DNA of 64,000 nt from a virus. The DNA lies in IMG/VR virus record IMGVR_UViG_3300033148_003679, positions 20,324 to 84,323 of that record. One strand, written 5' to 3'. The notes below the pieces were generated by a model. The model was not told where the DNA came from, searched no databases, and was given only the letters and a program-made list of their open reading frames with translations. Position numbers and translations under genes: made by a program. The stretch's first letter is position 1; each line of letters opens with the position of its first letter. Shown piece by piece: positions 9,785 through 19,290 of this stretch.

Positions 9785-10873
9785 TCAGGATCCCTTTTCA
9801 AGTAAAAACAGGAACTCTTTATTAGGTTTCTGTACATCTCGTAACCATTGATTAGTCCATTTCATGCCTGCCATCACATTCTTCTTGTAGTCGAGTTCCA
9901 CGACTTCCAGAACCTTGCCGTTACTTTGCAGAATATCGTTGAGTTCATTAGCTGTTGCTCGACCACCAGAACTGTAGGACAGGATGATCCACCGGGCTTG
10001 AGTTGTTTTAATCAATCTCTCGATTGCCTCGACTGCAATGAAACGCCCGCTGACGCTACGTCGAAAGTTCTCAAATACAGATACAGCCACCTTGTCCGAC
10101 GTGTCCTTGCGACGATTCGCCTTGCCGAACAAAACAGGCTTGTCGAAGAGGCAGATGCTCGTCCAGACGTGGTAGTAGGATGCATACCGGACTCGCGAAG
10201 GTGGCATCTTCTCGTTGTTCGATCCGTAGGGCGGGTCGAAGTAGGCAAGGTCTACGGACACACGTGGGACGAGATCAAAGATGTCACTTCGGAACACTTG
10301 GTGTTCTCGTGATGCCTTAAAGACATCCGGCACCTTGAGCATCAGTTCCTTGTATGAACGAGCAGACCAGTCCTTGAGATACGAAACGAAATGGCCAAGG
10401 GTATTATCCACCCGATCCAGTGCCAATATGAGACTGGTAAGAGCCACGGCCCGATCAACACCATCAAGATCGAGTGAGTCTATCTCCTGCCGGATAGCAT
10501 CCAGTTTTCGCGTATTGTGTACTTGCCAAGGTTTCTTGAGACCGTCCTGCTGGACTGCACAGCCCCCGTTGGGTTTTCCACCGTAGTGCTCTGTGAACCA
10601 ACCATCAACGGGGGATACGGCATTAAGATGAGCGATTAACTCCTGATACTGCCAGGGTTGTTTCTGATTGAGAAGATAGCAGGTGCCAAAGACTTCCGAC
10701 CAAACCGCAAGATCGTTGCACAGAACCCTATATCCAGACTTTGCTAAAGCCTGTGATACACGCGTAGTCCCAGAGAATCCATCCAGTATCGTGCGCGCAT
10801 TAACACGCTTAACAAGTTGAAGTATCTGCGGAATTAGCTTCGCTTTTGAACCTATATACTTAATACTTTCCAT
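9785..10873 (-). CDS. DNA adenine methyltransferase (D12/Dam-like class)
   Basis: KYIGSKAKL, LDGFSGT, YFDPPY, ILSYS motifs. Confidence 0.9.
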   Translation of the reverse strand: MESIKYIGSKAKLIPQILQLVKRVNARTILDGFSGTTRVSQALAKSGYRVLCNDLAVWSEVFGTCYLLNQKQPWQYQELIAHLNAVSPVDGWFTEHYGGKPNGGCAVQQDGLKKPWQVHNTRKLDAIRQEIDSLDLDGVDRAVALTSLILALDRVDNTLGHFVSYLKDWSARSYKELMLKVPDVFKASREHQVFRSDIFDLVPRVSVDLAYFDPPYGSNNEKMPPSRVRYASYYHVWTSICLFDKPVLFGKANRRKDTSDKVAVSVFENFRRSVSGRFIAVEAIERLIKTTQARWIILSYSSGGRATANELNDILQSNGKVLEVVELDYKKNVMAGMKWTNQWLRDVQKPNKEFLFLLEKGS

Positions 10874-10925
10874 GTGTACTACCTGCGCATGATCTATTAT
10901 ACCATAAACAGAATCAAAAAGTCAA
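10873..10925 (-). promoter_or_regulatory. Sigma70 promoter plus leader for the Dam-like gene
   Basis: TTGACT-18 nt-TATAAT AGATCATGCGCAGGTAGTACAC-ATG. Confidence 0.75.
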
Positions 10926-11111
10926 AAACGCACTACAAATAAAACACTGCATATAAGACACTGCATACTGTAAATAAAGCACTTTATAAACAAGGTACTA
11001 CCTGCAAATAAAGCACTATAACGCAATACGAAAAAGAATGCGGAGCGTCAAGTGGCTGGGGTTTGGGATTTGAGATGAGAATATGGGAGAGGGTGAATGG
11101 TCACCCCCCCC

Positions 11112-11520
11112 TGTCAAGAGAAAACAGGTTGACGCACCTTTTGTCAACAGATAACAGGAAACAGGTTGCACTGGTAGTTGTCAAGAGAAGGGTTTGCACT
11201 TGTTTACTAGTTTCTGGTGTATGTCAAGGGAGTGGTTTGCGCTGGGAGGGTACGAGGTTGTCAACTGTTTACATTATTCTGTTCTGGTTGTAGGTGTCAA
11301 GGAAGGAGTTGCGGTGTCTATTGCTGGTGTTTGTCAAGAGAAGAGTTTGCGTTTGTTTTAGCAGTTCTAGTAAGAGAGAGGGTTGAGCGCGGAAAGTATG
11401 AAAATGTATGTACTTGTCAAGAGAAAAGGTTGTACTGGTTGTAGTGGTGGTAGTAGTGGTTGTCAAGTATAGAGGTTGCATGCGGGTGGAACGCGGTATG
11501 GTGAGGTAGTGTCAAGAAAT
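11112..11520 (-). repeat. Array of ten TGTCAA (TTGACA on the minus strand) motifs, consensus about TGTCAAGRGAARRG(G/T)TTG
   Basis: Copies at 11112, 11142, 11179, 11222, 11259, 11295, 11332, 11415, 11461, 11510. Confidence 0.8.
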
Positions 11521-11829
11521 GAGCGTGCAATGGCTGGTTTAGAGTGGAGCAAGTATCGTGCCGTGGCGTGAGGGACGCGAGGTTGGCGCGTAGCAGGCGA
11601 ACTCGAAAACGCTATATGATCTATCGCTGAAATCTGGTAAACTTGGGTATGATACTTGCTAGCGGCAGCAAGAAACATACCAGTCGAATCCGACCAGGGC
11701 AAGAGCACTTGAGCCGGCATAAACCGTTGATATTACTGTACTTATGGCAGAAACGCTCAAAAGGGCACGATATGCGGTATGTTTGATAGCTATGTAACTT
11801 GTTGAGTGGTAAGGACTTACAGATTCGGC

Positions 11830-11858
11830 TTGACAACGCATACAGGGCGTGGTATAAT
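11830..11858 (+). promoter_or_regulatory. Consensus sigma70 early promoter
   Basis: TTGACA-17 nt-(TGG)TATAAT. Confidence 0.85.
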
Positions 11859-11899
11859 TAGGTATGATGAAGATGATGAAATGAAAGGAGGTGAGATTG

Positions 11900-12157
11900 A
11901 TGGAGAACCAAAGCGCAAAGGTAGCAAAAAGGAGAAAGATTATGATAACCACTGAGTATATTGAAGGAGTTAGTGAAAGAGTCAAGGCGTCTTATCGCAC
12001 CGCATGGAACTACTTCAGAGATATAAGAGATGACGCGACACGCGCAGAATTGAAAGCGGTGGGAACGCGGATTGACCGATACAGGGATCAGCTTGCAACG
12101 CTTGAGCATATGCGCCAAGTGAAGTTGTTGAATATGGGATCAGACAAAAGGAGGTGA
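11900..12157 (+). CDS. Hypothetical early protein
   Basis: AAGGAGGTG RBS; first gene after the promoter. Confidence 0.7.
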   Translation: MENQSAKVAKRRKIMITTEYIEGVSERVKASYRTAWNYFRDIRDDATRAELKAVGTRIDRYRDQLATLEHMRQVKLLNMGSDKRR

Positions 12158-12414
12158 ACGAAATGAAAGACGTGAAAGAGATTAAGGTAGCGGTATGGGC
12201 AGAGCAAACGGGTTTTCGTGCAGGCACGCGATGCCTCGACACGGATCTCTATGACGACGACAACGATGATGTGAACGTCTACCGAGGCACCGCGAAAGAG
12301 CTACTTGATGTTGCAGCCGCCTACCGTCGGAACGCGGCACAGGACGCTGCTCATACCCACACGTACGAACTGCGAGTTGCACGAATTCTAGAGGAAGAAG
12401 TAGCAAATACTTGA
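12154..12414 (+). CDS. Hypothetical early protein
   Basis: GGAGGTG RBS; in operon. Confidence 0.7.
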   Translation: MNEMKDVKEIKVAVWAEQTGFRAGTRCLDTDLYDDDNDDVNVYRGTAKELLDVAAAYRRNAAQDAAHTHTYELRVARILEEEVANT

Positions 12415-12486
12415 AAACTCGACACTGGATCACTGGATTAGCTGGACCAGAAAGTTTAGATTACATTTGTAATCCAATAAGACAGT

Positions 12487-12680
12487 GACTATAGTTATAG
12501 TTTACAACTATGGTCATAGTTCACGACTATGATTATAGTTCATACTTGGAGAATGAAGTAAAGAGAGGACACGAAAACGTAATTTGGTTGCAGAAACGTA
12601 ATTCGATTACGAGAATGTAATCTGGTTACGAGAATGTAATCTGCGCCTTGTGTGCCTTGTGCGTGTGCCTTGTGCTGCAC
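12487..12680. repeat. Palindromic repeat cluster: 3x19-nt ACTAT-N4-ATAGT, about 4x20-nt G(A/G)TTAC-N6-GTAATC, and GTGCCTTGT repeats
   Basis: Read directly; the ACTAT units recur at 13833-13870. Confidence 0.8.
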
Positions 12681-12691
12681 GTAAACTCAAT

Positions 12692-12720
12692 TTGACAAAC
12701 AGTACTGAATGTGGTATAAT
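12692..12720 (+). promoter_or_regulatory. Consensus sigma70 promoter
   Basis: TTGACA-17 nt-(TGG)TATAAT. Confidence 0.85.
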
Positions 12721-12788
12721 ATATGTAAGGAAGAAGAAAAACAACCAGACGAATTAGAATGCCAAGGACAAGGAGGTGAAATAGAGAA

Positions 12789-13115
12789 ATGGATGAACAG
12801 AAAGAGAAACAAGTGTTTATGGCAGAGCCAAACACAACACCCGACCAAATTGTAAAACTGAGATACTGTGACATACCGAGTGAAGCTACTGCCGGTATAC
12901 TGTTGATCGACGACAATCAAGAACTCAGTGTCAAAGACAAGGCATTACGCACATTGAAGATTGAACGACGTGACGGTGACTCGCACCTAAAAGCGTGGAT
13001 TCGCGCAATGTGTATAGAGAACGGATTCGAGTATACCGAACCTGCGCCACGTGAAATTACAGACTCGATTCTTAATAATGCTGCTGCTAGTCGGTTTATG
13101 TTCGTCATTGCATAA
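12789..13115 (+). CDS. Hypothetical early protein
   Basis: AAGGAGGTG RBS. Confidence 0.7.
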   Translation: MDEQKEKQVFMAEPNTTPDQIVKLRYCDIPSEATAGILLIDDNQELSVKDKALRTLKIERRDGDSHLKAWIRAMCIENGFEYTEPAPREITDSILNNAAASRFMFVIA

Positions 13116-13152
13116 ACAAGGAATTTAGAAGTACAAGGAGGTGAATAGAGAA

Positions 13153-13350
13153 ATGAACAAAAATCAGCAACAGACAATTCAAGAAATGATAGGTCGTCGT
13201 GTTCGTGTAAACGATTATGGTGATATATATCATGGCAAAGTTTATGCAATTGTGCAAGGACCAAGCGATGAGCCTGTGGTACGTCTTCGATTGGATGACT
13301 CAAACATGAGGTTTGAAGCATTATTGAGCGAATGTGCTAGAGTAAGTTGA
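13153..13350 (+). CDS. Small SH3/Sm-like beta protein
   Basis: IGRRVRV...HGKVYAI...VRLRLD; its RBS block ACAAGGAGGTGAA(A)TAGAGAAATG is shared with the previous gene. Confidence 0.6.
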   Translation: MNKNQQQTIQEMIGRRVRVNDYGDIYHGKVYAIVQGPSDEPVVRLRLDDSNMRFEALLSECARVS

Positions 13351-13607
13351 CTTGTATATGTCAGATATAGACGTAAACCGTTTTACCCGTATAAGGTGAC
13401 ACAAAAAATGAATAGCAACAAGCAGGATACGACAATCGAAGAGTGTATGCCACAGGACTGGGCAGAGTGTCAGTATTGCGGTACTTTGTTTCTGACAATC
13501 GACAAGGCAGACATGTTCTGCTCGGAAGATTGCGAAATCCGGCACGATTGTCTGGATGAGGACTATAGCTAACGAGGACTATAGCTAACAGAGAGGAGCA
13601 CCAGAAA

Positions 13608-13805
13608 ATGGACCAGAAACAACTCCAGAAATGCGCCTATTGCAAACGATTATTTGAGCTCGACGACTGGTCGGACGTTTACTGCTCACCCGAATGCGAA
13701 GAACAGGCAGCTTTGAGCGCAACATGCGACGCAGAACTGGTTTACAATCTGATGGAGTCAATCGGTTTGAGCTATTCAGACGCAGTTTCGATCACGATAT
13801 CGTAG
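13608..13805 (+). CDS. Small zinc-finger protein
   Basis: CAYC...YCSPEC; GAGGAG RBS. Confidence 0.6.
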   Translation: MDQKQLQKCAYCKRLFELDDWSDVYCSPECEEQAALSATCDAELVYNLMESIGLSYSDAVSITIS

Positions 13806-13832
13806 CAACTATTACACTTGTAATACAACAAC

Positions 13833-13990
13833 GACTATGGTCATAGTTCACGACTATAATTATAGTTCAACCACGAAATTGTGGTTAGGGCATGTAAATG
13901 GTTGGACGTGTGTGCCTTGTATGTGGCGCACATACGTTTGTGTGTATATTTTACATGTGTATACTTTGTGTGTGCCTTGTATACAGTTCA
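13833..13990. repeat. Second palindromic ACTAT-N4-ATAGT pair plus TGTGTGCCTTGT repeats
   Basis: Near-identical to 12505-12543. Confidence 0.75.
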
Positions 13991-14095
13991 CATGTATACA
14001 GAATTGAGGTTGGAATGAACCGTGCATTCTTGACAGGTATAGTTGTGTGCGTTGTGTTGTGTGAGCGAACATGAAATTGAGAGGAGTAGCCATAA

Positions 14096-14425
14096 ATGAA
14101 GCACAAACAATACTTGAAAGTTGGCAAGATGGCAAGTGGTGAAGAAGCATGTGTTACTGTTTCACTTGTTACGTCAGCCTTGGGGGATTATTGGACAGCG
14201 CGGAGGTTGAAACGAGATCTCGACCCTGACAGTCTGTTTGGTGAAACAATTGACAAAACAGTGGACTATATTGAGTATACTCCATCTGACAGTCCGTTGC
14301 GACATCCGAAAGTTCAAGAGTTACTTGCTAGTATTGTGGATGTGGTAAGTGAAGGTTGGCAGGAGCCAAGAGCACCAGCATGGATCGCGTTTGATCTTGG
14401 CTGGACACCGAACACAGAAAGCTAA
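14096..14425 (+). CDS. Hypothetical protein
   Basis: GAGGAG RBS; 109 aa. Confidence 0.65.
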   Translation: MKHKQYLKVGKMASGEEACVTVSLVTSALGDYWTARRLKRDLDPDSLFGETIDKTVDYIEYTPSDSPLRHPKVQELLASIVDVVSEGWQEPRAPAWIAFDLGWTPNTES

Positions 14426-14445
14426 CAGAGAAGGAGATTAAGGAA

Positions 14446-15090
14446 ATGAAGGTCGTACTAACAAAAAGTCAGTTACACATTATTGGCGGTGCACTTACGG
14501 AAGGAGAACTTGTACTTAGAAACGTACACATTACTCCACAGTTTTTAGAGGTCATAAACGGAAATACATGGTCGAGAGTATACATTGACGAAGGTATGGC
14601 CCGAGCCGAAGCTGTACCTGGTGATAATGAGCCGGAAAGCATTCTTCTTTGCGTTGACGATTTGCGAGACGCGCAGAAGTTAGCAAAACAGACTGGTAAA
14701 GTTCAACGGGTTGTAGTGATCACGGCAACAGAACATGACAAACCTGTTGAGATCTCGATTGTCGAGATTAGTAGTGGAGTTGTTTTATCTCTTGAAACGG
14801 TCGAAGAGTTTGGCAAAGTAAAGTCTCGGTCAATAGTTGATGTACCGGTTGGATCGTACCCCGATATTGTCAAAAGTTATCCACTTGACTATGACGATAG
14901 AGATTTTGCAATTGCACGTCTTGACGCTGGTTTGTTGATCAATTTACTTTGCTCAACGCAAGCTAAGCATATAGATTTTATGATCCGGGCTAATCCTGTT
15001 GAGAGAAATAGTGTTATACGGATTCGCAATCGCAATGTCAATACTAATGACCCGAGATTTGAAGCTATACTTATGCCGGTCAGGACTTGA
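14446..15090 (+). CDS. DNA polymerase III beta-clamp-like protein
   Basis: GSYPDIVKSYP, LDAGLL and terminal AILMPVR resemble the DnaN GxFPDY...FNxxYL...VxMPMR motifs. Confidence 0.55.
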   Translation: MKVVLTKSQLHIIGGALTEGELVLRNVHITPQFLEVINGNTWSRVYIDEGMARAEAVPGDNEPESILLCVDDLRDAQKLAKQTGKVQRVVVITATEHDKPVEISIVEISSGVVLSLETVEEFGKVKSRSIVDVPVGSYPDIVKSYPLDYDDRDFAIARLDAGLLINLLCSTQAKHIDFMIRANPVERNSVIRIRNRNVNTNDPRFEAILMPVRT

Positions 15091-15344
15091 TTAAAGCGCG
15101 AAAAGTGAAAGGAGAATTTGAGATAATGGCAACAGAGAAGATTGAGCGCAAGTCTACAGAACTAGTCCAGAGCGGAGAAACTTATATAAGGAAACATATA
15201 GCACATAAACTGCTAGTGTTGTGTGCTTTTTGCCATGAACCGTTGGAATGGACACAAGGTGATTTTTGGTATTTGTCGCCGGACGATAGCGTGAGGTGTC
15301 CTGTGTGTGGAAACAGGATCCCTGTTCGCGAGTTGCAGTGGTAG
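15087..15344 (+). CDS. Zinc-ribbon protein
   Basis: CAFC...CPVCG. Confidence 0.55.
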   Translation: MIKARKVKGEFEIMATEKIERKSTELVQSGETYIRKHIAHKLLVLCAFCHEPLEWTQGDFWYLSPDDSVRCPVCGNRIPVRELQW

Positions 15345-15384
15345 AACGTTAGCAGGCAGATTGCTGACAAAAGGAGACAGGACA

Positions 15385-15843
15385 ATGGAAGCATTTAGAA
15401 AGGTGGTACGTATTGGAACGAGTGAAACATATGGCGGTAGACGGTACTCTGTATATTGTAAGATCGAATATGATGAGAACGGTAGATTTACAATATCCGG
15501 GGTTGAGGGTCCGCTTGCAAACGGAAGATGGCTGGGTGGTTGTGGTCAGATTAACGCGCACGATTGGAATATAGTCAAATATGCTCCGGGCTGGAATGAA
15601 TCGAAAGAAATGGAGTTCCGTAAAATATGGGAAAGATGGCATCTCAACGATTTGACACTCATGTGTGAACATCAACGCGCACGCGGTGAGACTTACCCAA
15701 CGCATCCGAATGCCATATGCCCTGAATGCGGGTATGCACCCGGTACCCAATCGTTGTTTGAAGATGTACCTGACAATGTGCTGCGGTGGTTGCAGGATTT
15801 GCCAGACGCTGATCGTGTCCCTGCCTGGGTGTCATTGACATGA
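15385..15843 (+). CDS. Hypothetical phage protein
   Basis: AAGGAG RBS; GCGQI...WERWHLNDL...CPECGY. Confidence 0.7.
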   Translation: MEAFRKVVRIGTSETYGGRRYSVYCKIEYDENGRFTISGVEGPLANGRWLGGCGQINAHDWNIVKYAPGWNESKEMEFRKIWERWHLNDLTLMCEHQRARGETYPTHPNAICPECGYAPGTQSLFEDVPDNVLRWLQDLPDADRVPAWVSLT

Positions 15844-16024
15844 ATTGCCGTTAGGATAAGGCAAGATATTTCTATGTAAAAGAGAAGTGTAGACGACCGA
15901 CTGCAAAGAACATGGCAAGGGACTATGCCGAAACGTGTGTGCCTATGTGTGCATAACTGTGTGTGTACTTGTGTGTGTACTGGACATGTGCTATGCGTAT
16001 GCAACTATATATATCTCGAATGAT

Positions 16025-16053
16025 TTGACTTTTTGCCGCGAATGTGGTATAAT
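16025..16053 (+). promoter_or_regulatory. Sigma70 promoter
   Basis: TTGACT-17 nt-TATAAT. Confidence 0.75.
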
Positions 16054-16215
16054 AAGATATAAGAGTAGGTATAGGGGTGTGTAAATATGTGCGTATATAC
16101 ATAAGACCATGTGTGCTCTTATCTATAGAATGTAACAATGTAACAATGACATTCTATGGCAAAGAGAACCGAACTGTTTTTATTGCGTTGTGTGGTTACA
16201 AAAGAGGGTTGAACG

Positions 16216-16533
16216 ATGGACTTTCTGACGGATAATGAAAATCGGATATTGGCAGGAGGTTGCGGTCAGTTGGCTGTTATTGACACTGTTCCTCCAGACT
16301 GGCAGCAGTTACCAGATCATAGCTACGAGTATAGAGTATTAGACAGAAACGTACTCGCTGTTGTTTCAATAAACAGTGCTGTCGGAGATTGTGCAGTTTA
16401 CATTGGTGCTGTGCCGGGCCATGACCATGACAATGAATGGCAAGCTGTCGCTGCGGTTGGTAGCAAGGTGAGCGAGACAATTGCTCTGGCGATATTCCCG
16501 TGGCTGAAAGAGTATGAGTACAGAGATTTCTAA
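16216..16533 (+). CDS. Hypothetical phage protein
   Basis: AVYIGAVPG...VAAVGSKV...IFP. Confidence 0.65.
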   Translation: MDFLTDNENRILAGGCGQLAVIDTVPPDWQQLPDHSYEYRVLDRNVLAVVSINSAVGDCAVYIGAVPGHDHDNEWQAVAAVGSKVSETIALAIFPWLKEYEYRDF

Positions 16534-16573
16534 AAGATGAGAAAATGGTGGGCGTGAAAGGTTTTGCCGCGAC

Positions 16574-16603
16574 TTGACAAATGGTACTCGAATGTGGTAT
16601 AAT
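16574..16603 (+). promoter_or_regulatory. Sigma70 promoter
   Basis: TTGACA-18 nt-TATAAT. Confidence 0.75.
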
Positions 16604-16728
16604 AGTAGTGCGGTGGTGGAAGATAATGTTACGAAGCTAGTGGAGAAGGGGATGTAACCATGGCAAAACATATAAACAACTGGTACGAGATTTAGTAAAA
16701 AGGCAGAACAGATAAGGAGTACAGGGAA

Positions 16729-17031
16729 ATGAAAATTTACTGTGAAGATTGTATATGGGTCAAACCAGCAGAAAATGTGCAACCAGGAAAAGAAATGCTC
16801 TTTGCCAAATGTGGTTGCCCGGAAGCTGGAGTAGGGCCATATGTTACGAGAAAAGAGAGTAAAGAATACTGTTCTGTTGTAAACCATTTTGGCCGATGCC
16901 GACACTATGAGTCTGAGTTTAGACCGCGGTTATCGGTATGGCATAGGTTGTTCTCGTTTCTGCACCGCGACAAACAGATAGAACTCGGGAGTGTTACTAT
17001 ACGGAAAGGTGGTAACGATGTTGTTGAATAG
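16729..17031 (+). CDS. Cys-rich hypothetical protein
   Basis: CEDC...C...C...N...C pattern; AAGGAG RBS. Confidence 0.6.
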   Translation: MKIYCEDCIWVKPAENVQPGKEMLFAKCGCPEAGVGPYVTRKESKEYCSVVNHFGRCRHYESEFRPRLSVWHRLFSFLHRDKQIELGSVTIRKGGNDVVE

Positions 17032-17239
17032 AAAGGCTGTAAAGGAGTATGCAAAAACGGTACGGCCAGGGATAAGGGTTAGTACAGACTATATCGAGGC
17101 GTTAAACAATAACGTTGCCGAGATAATAGCTGCCGATATACGTATTAACGGAGGTCGTAAGACATTAACGGGTGAGGTGATTCGGTATTGTAAGAAGTTC
17201 AATGCGTTAGCCACACCAAGACGGAGGAACAGACGATGA
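17018..17239 (+). CDS. Histone-fold-like small basic protein
   Basis: MLLNRKAVKEYAK-x4-GIRVSTDYIEAL...IIAADIRINGGRKTL: helix / RVS loop / long helix / RKT loop. Confidence 0.6.
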   Translation: MLLNRKAVKEYAKTVRPGIRVSTDYIEALNNNVAEIIAADIRINGGRKTLTGEVIRYCKKFNALATPRRRNRR

Positions 17240-17661
17240 AAACCTGTACGGATTCTGTACCGAATTTTAGTATGAGCAATCTGGAATATGCAGACGAGTA
17301 TAACGAACCGGCACTAACATTCGAGCAAGAGGATGAGGTTGCCGAAATGATGGAACAACAGAAAACGGCAGAATGTGAAATGTGTTTTGGACTCGAAGAG
17401 CATGGCAACATGATAACTCGACATTTCTATATTGGAGATACCCGCAGCTATCCCTACGAGATTCAACTATGTCCGAGATGTTGTGACCGTTGGGACAACA
17501 CTCCTACCGGCAACTATAACCGATGTATAGTCTGCCATGAAGGATGTTCTGTACCGGGCGAAGATTGTGTAGAAGTGGTCGCACATGAGATACCAGCGAA
17601 CCAGCAACATGTATTTGTACGAGGTGTATTGTGTGCGGAATGTTGTGACAGAATGTTATGA
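17236..17661 (+). CDS. Multi-Cys zinc-binding protein (paralog of 44280-44591)
   Basis: ECEMC...YEIQLCPRCC..WD...RCIVC...LCAECC. Confidence 0.65.
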   Translation: MKTCTDSVPNFSMSNLEYADEYNEPALTFEQEDEVAEMMEQQKTAECEMCFGLEEHGNMITRHFYIGDTRSYPYEIQLCPRCCDRWDNTPTGNYNRCIVCHEGCSVPGEDCVEVVAHEIPANQQHVFVRGVLCAECCDRML

Positions 17662-17708
17662 CGTTTGGGAAAATGTGGTATAAGTAACGAGTAAAGGTAG
17701 GTGGGCAT

Positions 17709-18059
17709 ATGAAGTTTGTAAAGAAAGATTCAACACTGTCTCGGGTAGAAGTGACGCGAACATTTCTGGAACTGTCCGTGTCCGAACAGGTCAAGCTGTG
17801 GAGCGCACTTGAACTGCTCCAAAGGATAAAAGAACGGTTAGAAGCTGCTGGTTATGGTACAAGTTGTTGGATGTTTGATGCGGGAGAAGTTGAGTGGCTT
17901 CGAGAACGATATGGTATAAATGGATTTGAGGTTGACTTTAGGCAAAAAGGAATAGAAGATGCAGAAGTTGCTGCTATAGTGAAAAAGGTTATAGAAAATG
18001 ACATGGATCGGACTGGGACGACGAGGAAAAAGGTAGGAGGTGATTCAGTGGCAAAATAA
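17709..18059 (+). CDS. Hypothetical protein
   Basis: ORF with RBS in the plus-strand operon. Confidence 0.55.
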   Translation: MKFVKKDSTLSRVEVTRTFLELSVSEQVKLWSALELLQRIKERLEAAGYGTSCWMFDAGEVEWLRERYGINGFEVDFRQKGIEDAEVAAIVKKVIENDMDRTGTTRKKVGGDSVAK

Positions 18060-18313
18060 CTACACGGCAAGTCTGTATGTCTATAGCAAGCAAGAAACAC
18101 GTACAAATAAGGAGTATATGTCATGTCTCTTTCAGAAGCGCGATATCTTTTACAGCTATCCCCACACGCTACATTACGGCAGAGCGCATGTGCCGGTGAA
18201 GAGTCTCGGTGGTGTATTAGGTTAGTACCAGACGGTCCTGAAATATGGGGGTTTGACATGGGGTTGAAACGAATAAGAGAGACGCAAGAAACTCGGGATG
18301 TTCTTGTACCAGC

Positions 18314-18343
18314 TTGACAAACTGGTATGGTTTGTGGTATAAT
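18314..18343 (+). promoter_or_regulatory. Sigma70 promoter
   Basis: TTGACA-18 nt-TATAAT. Confidence 0.75.
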
Positions 18344-18557
18344 AGGTGTGTAAGGTGGAAGCAGAAAGGAAATAAGTTCATGATTGATCGGAAACGATCT
18401 GCTTTCCTGATTCAAGATTGGCGGTCAACAGTACGGTTACGGCGTTTAGATTCGCAGTTACACCGAGAAATACGGGCGAACGCTGAACAGATAACTGAAC
18501 TTCGTAAACAGCTGGAATCTCTTCGTGTACAACATCTTGCATTGTTAAAGTATATAG

Positions 18558-19025
18558 ATGCAAGAGAGGAATAGGACAATGGATAAACAAGAGTGGCGTA
18601 CGTGGCCGAAAAATAAAGGCCCTAAAGATATATGGCTGTTAGAACGAAAGATACGTTTGCTACAACAAGGAATACAGGAAGCGAGTAAAGTAATAGAAAA
18701 GTTGGGAGAGATTTGCAAGTTAATGAACGAGAGGACGGAATCTCTTCGTGAAAAAAACCGTTCATTGTTAGAACAATGGGATGATGCCCGGTCTCGGTAT
18801 GTGGAAGAGACGTTAGCGTTGAGTAAAGAGAATGATCGATTAGCCAGAAAAGTAGAAGAACAGCGGGCAGTTATAGGTTTCTATGCAAGCGAATATCATT
18901 GTAGACGGCAAAGCGAAGGTGTGCAACAAGACGATTCCGAGAGACTTTTGTGTTGGTGTAATGATGAACTTGGTCGAGAAGATTTCGTCGGAATCAAGAG
19001 GACACGGAACAATGATACAGGTTAA
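18558..19025 (+). CDS. Coiled-coil hypothetical protein
   Basis: Heptad-rich ORF. Confidence 0.55.
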   Translation: MQERNRTMDKQEWRTWPKNKGPKDIWLLERKIRLLQQGIQEASKVIEKLGEICKLMNERTESLREKNRSLLEQWDDARSRYVEETLALSKENDRLARKVEEQRAVIGFYASEYHCRRQSEGVQQDDSERLLCWCNDELGREDFVGIKRTRNNDTG

Positions 19026-19290
19026 AGTCGATATAGAAGGTGTACAAGTTGCAATTGTAAATATCGTGGATATTGGGTGGAAATTAGGATGTAACGGTTT
19101 TGGCTATTATGGGATAAAAGGGTACGAATTTCGGAATGAGTTCGGTTCCCAGTTCGGTTCTCTTAGAGAATACACTGCTGAAGGGCGGTTACTTTATGCT
19201 CGTGACGACGAACCTATACCGATACTTGAATTTGTACTGGCAGTATTAAAAGAGTTAACCAAAATACCAAAAAAGGAATAGTTAAATAAA

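Noticed and set aside
11063-11836. ORFs in the strand-switch region
   Set aside because: Low-complexity, no RBS, and overlapping the TGTCAA repeats; likely non-coding.
13559-13590. 16-nt tandem duplication GAGGACTATAGCTAAC, and (CGAGTA)4 at 29156
   Set aside because: Short local duplications with no evidence of function.
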